From positions 1,216,001-1,280,000 of the forward strand of contig OY781964.1 of NCBI GenBank assembly GCA_963677485.1: DNA of 64,000 bases, written 5' to 3'. Source of the stretch: Armatimonadota bacterium. Lineage in GTDB: Bacteria > Armatimonadota > HRBIN16. Below, piece by piece: positions 57,619 to 64,000 of the stretch (position 1 is its first letter; each line of letters opens with the position of its first letter). The position numbers and the translations under genes were made by a program. Under the pieces are notes generated by a model. The model did not search any database. It was not told the origin of the DNA and saw only the letters and a program-made list of their open reading frames with translations.

Positions 57619-57753
57619 GTAGGGGCGTCCCTTGTGGGCGCCCTAAACAATTACAATCAAACGAACAACGATTAGGGCGCCCACAAGGGACGCCCCTACG
57701 ACCTGTATCTGTTGCAGTCCAGGCTGCCGTGACCGCAAGGGCTGGTGCTTGTT
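57619..57753. repeat. REPIN-like inverted REP pair plus family C module (reverse complement of 4637-4770)
   Basis: gtaggggcgtcccttgtgggcgcccta...tagggcgcccacaagggacgcccctac, then gttgcagtccaggctgccgtg...gtgcttg. Confidence 0.85.
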
Positions 57754-57819
57754 GGTCAATAGACTGGGCTATTAGTAATAGGTAATGATGATCAGCATCG
57801 ACATACCTGACAATGGAGA

Positions 57820-58764
57820 GTGAAGACGATGAACCGAATTTATGTGCTTGCCGCTTTTTCTGCTGCATTATGTGCTGTGATGAGTGTCGCTGCGTGGGCC
57901 GCCGATGCGCCACCGGTCACCAACCCGCAGGTGAAGGATGTGTACCCCTCCCTAGCCTCCAGCGCGTTGACGACTGCTACACTTGGCCCACTCCCGGCGG
58001 GTGTATTGCTGCAGTCCGGTAACTATAAGATAACGCAGAAGGAGATCGATGCTGTAATCGCCAAGTCACCCGCCGCCGGTCGGGCTGAGCTGAAGCGAAA
58101 CCAGTTCTTTCTGCTGGAGAACCAGGCGACCAGCAAGCTTCTGGAGCTGGAAGCCCGCTTCTGGGCTAAGTCAAAGGCATCACCATCTGTAAAGGCCGCC
58201 GATGAGCTCATTACAGATTACCTTTTGGATACGGTGAAGGGTGTTTCGGTGTCGGATGAACAAATCAAGGCCTTCTATGACCAAAACCGGGAAATGGTGG
58301 GCTCTGCTTCCTACGACGACACCAAGGATGAGCTGCGCCAGTATCTGCAAGGCCAAAAGCAACAGGACGCTGTGAACAGCTATGTATTTGCGCTTGGCCA
58401 GCGGAATAGGGTTCTGGTCAATGCGGCCTGGACCGCCAGGCAGGTTGTGCTGGCGATGGATAACCCCGTCGATAAGGCTCGCAAGTCCGGCCAGCTGACT
58501 ATGGTGGACTTTGGTGCGGACGGCTGCCAACCTTGTGAAATGATGACCCCCATCCTGGCTGACCTCAAGACCGAATATGCCGGCAAGGTGAACATCGTGT
58601 TTGTGCAAGTCAGGCAGCAGCAGATACTGGCCGCGCGGTTTGGTGTGCAGAGCATTCCTGTGCAAGTCTTTTTTGATGCCAAGGGCAAAGAGGTATTCCG
58701 GCATGTGGGCTTCTTCGCAAAAGCTGATATCATCGCCAAACTGACCGAGTTGGGAGCGAAGTAG
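57820..58764 (+). CDS. Exported protein with SurA/PrsA-like N-terminal helical domain and C-terminal thioredoxin
   Basis: Signal peptide; ITQKEID, VSDEQIKAFYDQN; DFGADGCQPCEMM, IPVQVFFD. Confidence 0.8.
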   Translation: MKTMNRIYVLAAFSAALCAVMSVAAWAADAPPVTNPQVKDVYPSLASSALTTATLGPLPAGVLLQSGNYKITQKEIDAVIAKSPAAGRAELKRNQFFLLENQATSKLLELEARFWAKSKASPSVKAADELITDYLLDTVKGVSVSDEQIKAFYDQNREMVGSASYDDTKDELRQYLQGQKQQDAVNSYVFALGQRNRVLVNAAWTARQVVLAMDNPVDKARKSGQLTMVDFGADGCQPCEMMTPILADLKTEYAGKVNIVFVQVRQQQILAARFGVQSIPVQVFFDAKGKEVFRHVGFFAKADIIAKLTELGAK

Positions 58765-58766
58765 CG

Positions 58767-59465
58767 TTGGAACAATTGTTCATCACGCTGACCAAGGCGA
58801 TTGAAGGTTCTGTCCCGGTCGCACTGACTGCCGCTTTCATATGGGGCATTCTGAGCGTGATTCTTAGCCCCTGCCACCTGTCCAGCATCCCGTTGATCAT
58901 CGGGTTCATCAGCGAGCAAGAGAACCTGAACACCCGCAAGGCATTCGTGCTCTCATTTTTGTTTGGTCTGGGCATACTGGTCACCATCGCGGTGATCGGG
59001 GTGATCACCGCGTTGATGGGCCGGATGATTGGCGATGTTGGGAGATATGGCAACTACGCGGTGGCAGGCATCTTCTTCATCGTGGGGCTTCATCTGGTGG
59101 GTGTGATCCCGTTGAGCTTTTCCGGTGCCGGGAATATCGGCATGAAGCGAAAGGGGTACTGGGCCTCATTCATACTGGGGCTGGTGTTCGGCATCGCCCT
59201 GGGCCCCTGCACGTTTGCCTATATGGCCCCCGTGCTCACGCTGTCACTCAGGGTGGCCGCCACGAATGCTGCCTACGCGGTGCTGCTGCTGACCCTGTAT
59301 GGGCTGGGGCACTGCCTGGTGATTGTGGCCGCCGGCACCTCGACTGAGCTGGTGCAGCGGTACCTGAATTGGAACGAACGATCGAAGGGCGCAACCATTC
59401 TCAAGCAAGTCTGCGGTGTGCTGGTGATGCTGGGCGGGGTTTACCTTATCTACACCGCGCATTGA
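58767..59465 (+). CDS. ccdA: CcdA/DsbD transmembrane electron transporter
   Basis: LSPCHLSSIP and GPCT motifs; six TM helices. Confidence 0.88.
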   Translation: MEQLFITLTKAIEGSVPVALTAAFIWGILSVILSPCHLSSIPLIIGFISEQENLNTRKAFVLSFLFGLGILVTIAVIGVITALMGRMIGDVGRYGNYAVAGIFFIVGLHLVGVIPLSFSGAGNIGMKRKGYWASFILGLVFGIALGPCTFAYMAPVLTLSLRVAATNAAYAVLLLTLYGLGHCLVIVAAGTSTELVQRYLNWNERSKGATILKQVCGVLVMLGGVYLIYTAH

Positions 59466-59655
59466 TGCCTTCTAGACAGAAGATCGGTGTCCTGTAGCCA
59501 TCTACGCTTGAATCTTACCGCATGTTGTCCGTATCTAACACCCTGAACGCAATCACTAGATAGCTGCGCATATGGTGGGTGACTCGGTATGACCATGCAA
59601 AGGCAATTCAGAATGTTAAACCAAGCCATGTATACCGGTTGTTGGCTATTACAGT

Positions 59656-59678
59656 ATATTTGGCTATATGGCAAAACT
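59656..59678 (+). promoter_or_regulatory. Third copy of the operator upstream of the FmdE-like gene
   Basis: atatttggc-tatatg-gcaaaact, one mismatch to TTGGC-N6-GCCAA; shares the tatatttggc context with 56044-56053. Confidence 0.6.
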
Positions 59679-59745
59679 ACCATATAGCGGTAAACACGCA
59701 GTTGGATTGGGCGTGACTCAATCCGAACAAACAAGGAGACATGAA

Positions 59746-60348
59746 ATGATTGACAAGAACCTGCTTGCATTCGGACAGAAATTCCACGGACACAAATGCC
59801 CCGCTATGCCCATGGGGCTCCGCGTTTCCCTGGCTGCCATGAATAAGCTTGGTGTGGAGCACGCTCCAGACGGACAGCTTGTGGCCCTGATTGAGATTGA
59901 CGAAGACCATTGCGCAACCTGTTTTGCAGATGGTGTGCAGGTGGCCACAGGATGCACACTGGGTAAAGGTAATATTAAGAAGCTGCACTACGGCAAATGG
60001 GCACTAACCTTGATTGACAAAAAGAGCAAGAAGGCCGTGCGTGTCTCTCCCAAAGCCGAAGCGATGAAGAAAAACAAAGAATCCGCCTTCATGAAGCTTC
60101 GATCGTCAGGTGTTCCTGCCTCTCAGGTGCCTGCTGATGTGGCTGACCCACTTGTGGAGATGGTCTCAAATGCGCCTGATGAGATGCTTCTGACCATCGG
60201 TGAAGTGTTCGATTACGAGTGGACCGATGCTCCGCACACCTTTGAATCGGTGGTGTGTGAAGAATGCGGTGAGATGACAGTCACCCGGAATGCACGCGTC
60301 AAGGACGGCAAGATCGTCTGCATCCCGTGTTCAGGCTACGGAAAGTAA
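59746..60348 (+). CDS. FmdE family protein with C-terminal zinc finger
   Basis: FHGHKCP, CFADGVQVATGCTLGKGN, CEECGE...CIPC; RBS aggag. Confidence 0.9.
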   Translation: MIDKNLLAFGQKFHGHKCPAMPMGLRVSLAAMNKLGVEHAPDGQLVALIEIDEDHCATCFADGVQVATGCTLGKGNIKKLHYGKWALTLIDKKSKKAVRVSPKAEAMKKNKESAFMKLRSSGVPASQVPADVADPLVEMVSNAPDEMLLTIGEVFDYEWTDAPHTFESVVCEECGEMTVTRNARVKDGKIVCIPCSGYGK

Positions 60349-60399
60349 CCCATATCAGGGTGCTCAGCACCACAATTACCCTTACTGTAGAAAGCTGGA

Positions 60400-60993
60400 T
60401 TGATGAGACAGAAGCAAGTCGAGAGCTCACATGCACACGGCGTATCCCTATGGGAGATTGCCAGGACGTTTCTGACAATAGGGGCCATCGGGTTTGGTGG
60501 CGGAATGGCCGTGATTGCGCTCATCCAAGAGCGCTGTGTGGTCAAAAAACAGTGGATGGAATCGGATGAGTTCTCGCATGGGATGGCTTTTGGGCAGATT
60601 CTGGGCCCCTTCGCAGTGAACGCTTCGATATTCGTCGGCTACAGGCTAAGGGGGTTAAAGGGAGCGATCGTTGCAGCGATCGCCTTCTTGATCCCCTCGG
60701 TCACACTGGTCATTGGCATGAGTGCGCTTTATAACAGGTTCCAGCATGTACCATCGTTGAAAGCTGCATTGAAAGGGATCGGCCCTGTAGTGGTGGCTCT
60801 CATACTATCTGCAGCATACCAAATGGGCAAAAGCCGTGTCAGAAATATTGAGCCCATACTGCTGATGATCGCAGCAGTCGCCCTAAGCATGTTGCTCAAG
60901 CTGCAGACCATAGTCATCCTGCTTATCGCCGTGCTGTATGGATTTGCTAAACTGAAGTTGGTAAAGGTAGGTGATGCCAATGCAGATGCTTAA
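60400..60993 (+). CDS. chrA: Short-chain chromate transporter, subunit 1
   Basis: FLTIGAIGFGGG, GQILGP, AFLIPS. Confidence 0.85.
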   Translation: MMRQKQVESSHAHGVSLWEIARTFLTIGAIGFGGGMAVIALIQERCVVKKQWMESDEFSHGMAFGQILGPFAVNASIFVGYRLRGLKGAIVAAIAFLIPSVTLVIGMSALYNRFQHVPSLKAALKGIGPVVVALILSAAYQMGKSRVRNIEPILLMIAAVALSMLLKLQTIVILLIAVLYGFAKLKLVKVGDANADA

Positions 60994-61525
60994 GTGGCTC
61001 ATGGCACCTGTGTTATTAACGCTGGCTTGGGTATTCTTCAAAATCGGGCTGGTGTTTTTTGGTGGAGGCTTCGTGCTCATTCCCGTCATGCATCGAGAGT
61101 TGGTGACCAATCTGCATTGGCTGACCGACCGCCAGTTTGTAGATGGCGCCGCTATCAGCCAGTTAACACCTGGACCTATTGCGGTTTTTGCCACATTCGC
61201 AGGATACCAGGTAGCCGGAGTGGCCGGTGCCTTGGTCGGCACAGCCGCTGTCTTTCTGCCGGGCAGCCTGCTTATGATCTTCCTGTCGAAAAGTTATGCG
61301 TATATCAAAGATAACCATACGGCACGTCAGGTCATGAATACCCTCATCCCAGTTATCGTCGGACTACTGGTAGCGGCTGCGCTGCAAATAGGCCGGACAA
61401 GCTTGACGGATTGGGAAGGTTACATAGTCATGTTAGTTGCGCTGGTGGCACTCATTAAATACAAAGTGAACCCGGCGTTACTCATCATCGCTACAGCTCT
61501 ATTGGGCTTAATAAGGGGTTCCTAA
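60971..61525 (+). CDS. chrA: Short-chain chromate transporter, subunit 2
   Basis: FFKIGLVFFGGG, SQLTPGP, VFLPG; exact start uncertain (60971-60986). Confidence 0.85.
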   Translation: MMPMQMLKWLMAPVLLTLAWVFFKIGLVFFGGGFVLIPVMHRELVTNLHWLTDRQFVDGAAISQLTPGPIAVFATFAGYQVAGVAGALVGTAAVFLPGSLLMIFLSKSYAYIKDNHTARQVMNTLIPVIVGLLVAAALQIGRTSLTDWEGYIVMLVALVALIKYKVNPALLIIATALLGLIRGS

Positions 61526-61529
61526 CCAC

Positions 61530-62165
61530 ATGCAAGACAACGCAAAAAGAGATTTCAACAAGGAAGCCCAAAGCTGGGATGATAACCCCATGAGGGTTCA
61601 GATGGCCCACCATATTGCAGATGCTATCCTGCAGCAGATCCCCGTTTCGAATGAGATGGATATGCTGGACTACGGTGCCGGAACAGGGCTTGTCACCCTC
61701 GCGCTGCAGCCTTATGTGCGCAGCGTCACAGCCGCCGACAACTCTGATGGCATGCTGGCCAGGCTCAGTGAGAAGGCCGAAGCCTCTGGCTTGAGCAATG
61801 TGAAGACCAAACTGCTTGATCTGGAGAAGCAGGCGGTGCCAGTTGACCGTTATGAGCTGATCATTTCGAGTATGACCATGCATCACTTACAGGATCATCG
61901 GGCATTGATATCGAACCTTGCTGCGATGTTGAGACCGGGCGGTTATCTGGCCATCGCCGATCTGGATCTGGATGATGGTGAGTTTCATGCCGACCAAACC
62001 GGGATTAGGCATGACGGCTTCGACCGGCAAGAGATCGTCCGTCTGTTCGCAGAAGCGGGCCTTGGTCAGGTAACGGCAACGACGGCTAACACCCTCACCA
62101 AAGAGGTGAAGGGCAAGGGGCCGAGGGAGTTCACCGTCTTTCTGGTCACGGGACGGAAAGCATAG
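61530..62165 (+). CDS. Class I SAM-dependent methyltransferase
   Basis: LDYGAGTG, SSMTMHH, LRPGGYLAIADL, HDGF. Confidence 0.9.
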   Translation: MQDNAKRDFNKEAQSWDDNPMRVQMAHHIADAILQQIPVSNEMDMLDYGAGTGLVTLALQPYVRSVTAADNSDGMLARLSEKAEASGLSNVKTKLLDLEKQAVPVDRYELIISSMTMHHLQDHRALISNLAAMLRPGGYLAIADLDLDDGEFHADQTGIRHDGFDRQEIVRLFAEAGLGQVTATTANTLTKEVKGKGPREFTVFLVTGRKA

Positions 62166-62238
62166 GCCCATTGCTCATCAGTGTTCAGATACCATATTAC
62201 ATGGAAGCTCGTCACTGCTGTGTAAAGCGACATGGGGT

Positions 62239-64000
62239 ATGAATATGAAATCGGCAGCCACCGCTATGCTTGTGTTAACATTCTGTGCGATTGTGACATC
62301 ACTGACCCCAGTCGCCGCCAAAGCTGAATACCTCACCCCTGAAAAGGCGGGGTTTCACCACTGTGTGCTCATCTACCATACGGAAAAGCGGGATGCCAAT
62401 GCCCTGAAGCCGTATGTGGTGCGGATGCGAAACGGCCAGCCGACCAACGACTGGCTGTTCGATTCGTTCTTGTTCCTTGACTACTCGCTGCCGAGTGGAC
62501 GAGATACCGAAGCCGGTGCCACCAACATGCAGGACTGGCTGTGGCAGCTTGACAGCTGGTTCGCGAAAAACCGCGACATCGACGCCCTCAACCAGGCCAT
62601 CAGCCAAACCGCAGCGGTCATTGGAACCAAACCGAAAGCACGCAAAGTGATCCTCGCCATTCCCTGGCCGAACCCCGCCGTTACCGACTTCGGCGATGTG
62701 GATGGCGACGGAGTCAGCGAGAGCCTGGCCTCGCTGGCCGGTCGCGAGAAGGTAATGCGTTGGTATATCAAAGAGGCCATGACGCGCTTCCAGCAGGCCC
62801 GATACGAGCATTTGGAGCTCTGGGGATTTTACTGGATGCGGGAACGCATCGATGTCAACCCCGAGACGGTTCGTGCCGCTGCACGCATTGTGCATGAGGC
62901 CGACAGCAAGCTGCTGTGGATCCCCTGGTTCCGCGCGCCGGGCTGGCAGAATGCCTATAACTACGGCTTCGATGCCGTCATCATGCAGCCGAATTATTCA
63001 TTCAACACCTGGCTGGATGGCGGAAACATACGCTCAAACCGGCTGGATATCTGTGCCATGGATTGTGCCGATAAAGGGTTTGGGGTGGAGATAGAGAACC
63101 GGAGTAACCCACCTAACTTCACCGATGGGCAGGTGTTCCTGAACTACCTGGCCTATGGCGACGCCAAACGGCTGGGATACCAGAAGGCGGTGAACGGTTA
63201 TTTTCTGGATGTCCATTTCCTAGAAAACACCTACTTCTCAAAGCAGCCAGAACTCGTGCGCTATTATGAGGCCCTTGCCGACTACGTGACGGGCAAGACG
63301 ATCCCGGTGCCCATCGACACCGTGAAGTTGAGCTGGACAAAATCGGGCGTGGTGTATACCGGGGAGGGAAAGGTCGACCCCCTTCACAAGGTCTGCTATG
63401 TCGATGTCATCACCTCACGTGAACGGCTTTCGGGATGGCGTGGTGTAATAGAAGCCCAGTTCAAAAGAAATGGTAAATACAGTCCCGCAGGCTGGGCAGC
63501 CTATCTGCAAACAGGCACAGATAAAGTCGGATGTCTGCCTATCCCCGTGGATGGGGGTGGAGAGAGCCTCCGGCTGAAGGTGACCACCCTCTCCGGTACG
63601 TTCCGCCCTGATGCGGTGATCAGGGTCAGCCTGGATGCCACTGGACCTCATGCCAAGCCAAATATGGCACTGTTCAAGCCATATACTATTAGCCCCGATA
63701 TCACGCCTCGTGACTACCCAGACAGCGGCACTAGGCTGACCGACGGCGTGGTCGACCTTCAAGGTTTCCATTCAGGACTGAGCGTGGGCTGGATGTCCAC
63801 CAGAGTTCAGGTGCAATTAGACTTGGGGCAAAAGCGTGTGCTGACGGGTGTCGATCTGCATCTGCTGGGTGGCGGTGGTGCTGGTGTCAACTGGCCAAAG
63901 CAAGTCGACGCCGCGTTCTCGGCCTCAGAGGAGGTTCGGGGTAACTTCGCAGGGCTTGGCAATACGCCCGATGGGCTGGTGGTGGTCTCGAACAAGGCAG
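62239..64000 (+). CDS. Secreted DUF4855-domain protein with downstream F5/8-type C (discoidin-like) domain, partial
   Basis: Open frame to the window end (absent from ORF track because it has no stop). Signal peptide; WLFDSFLFL, GFYWMRE, WIPWF, QPNY, GVEIE; YPDSG..LTDG..GW..LDLG. Confidence 0.8.
   Translation, partial: MNMKSAATAMLVLTFCAIVTSLTPVAAKAEYLTPEKAGFHHCVLIYHTEKRDANALKPYVVRMRNGQPTNDWLFDSFLFLDYSLPSGRDTEAGATNMQDWLWQLDSWFAKNRDIDALNQAISQTAAVIGTKPKARKVILAIPWPNPAVTDFGDVDGDGVSESLASLAGREKVMRWYIKEAMTRFQQARYEHLELWGFYWMRERIDVNPETVRAAARIVHEADSKLLWIPWFRAPGWQNAYNYGFDAVIMQPNYSFNTWLDGGNIRSNRLDICAMDCADKGFGVEIENRSNPPNFTDGQVFLNYLAYGDAKRLGYQKAVNGYFLDVHFLENTYFSKQPELVRYYEALADYVTGKTIPVPIDTVKLSWTKSGVVYTGEGKVDPLHKVCYVDVITSRERLSGWRGVIEAQFKRNGKYSPAGWAAYLQTGTDKVGCLPIPVDGGGESLRLKVTTLSGTFRPDAVIRVSLDATGPHAKPNMALFKPYTISPDITPRDYPDSGTRLTDGVVDLQGFHSGLSVGWMSTRVQVQLDLGQKRVLTGVDLHLLGGGGAGVNWPKQVDAAFSASEEVRGNFAGLGNTPDGLVVVSNKA

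Noticed and set aside
61530-62165. ArsM arsenite methyltransferase
   Set aside because: The protein contains no cysteines, which ArsM catalysis requires.
1-64000. tRNA, rRNA, integrase, transposase or prophage genes
   Set aside because: No recognisable motifs found by inspection.

Overview
64 kb of bacterial chromosome with moderately high GC. The gene families (a DUF6785-type membrane protein, a DUF1559/H-X9-DG pilin-like protein, copper-amine-oxidase stalk proteins, three URO-D-like paralogs, a TolC) suggest a diderm such as Armatimonadota; this is inference only. All product calls come from motif recognition, not database searches. The window holds envelope proteins, peptidases and glycoside hydrolases, purE, an AAA ATPase + TOPRIM-like candidate defence pair, and a six-gene Ehr (hydrogenase-4-like, Ni-free) membrane complex. 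It also holds a candidate secreted toxin/immunity pair, a ~9 kb arsenic/thiol-redox/oxyanion island, and several families of palindromic intergenic repeats. The strongest lead is the Ehr small subunit: all four canonical Cys ligands of the proximal (N2-type) Fe-S cluster are replaced by Asp/Ser, while the fused ferredoxin domain and operon are intact. Next are a polymorphic-toxin-type nuclease domain attached only to a signal peptide, and a TTGGC-N6-GCCAA operator that ties the arsenic genes to an FmdE-ChrA-methyltransferase unit. No rRNA, tRNA, CRISPR array or transposase gene was seen.
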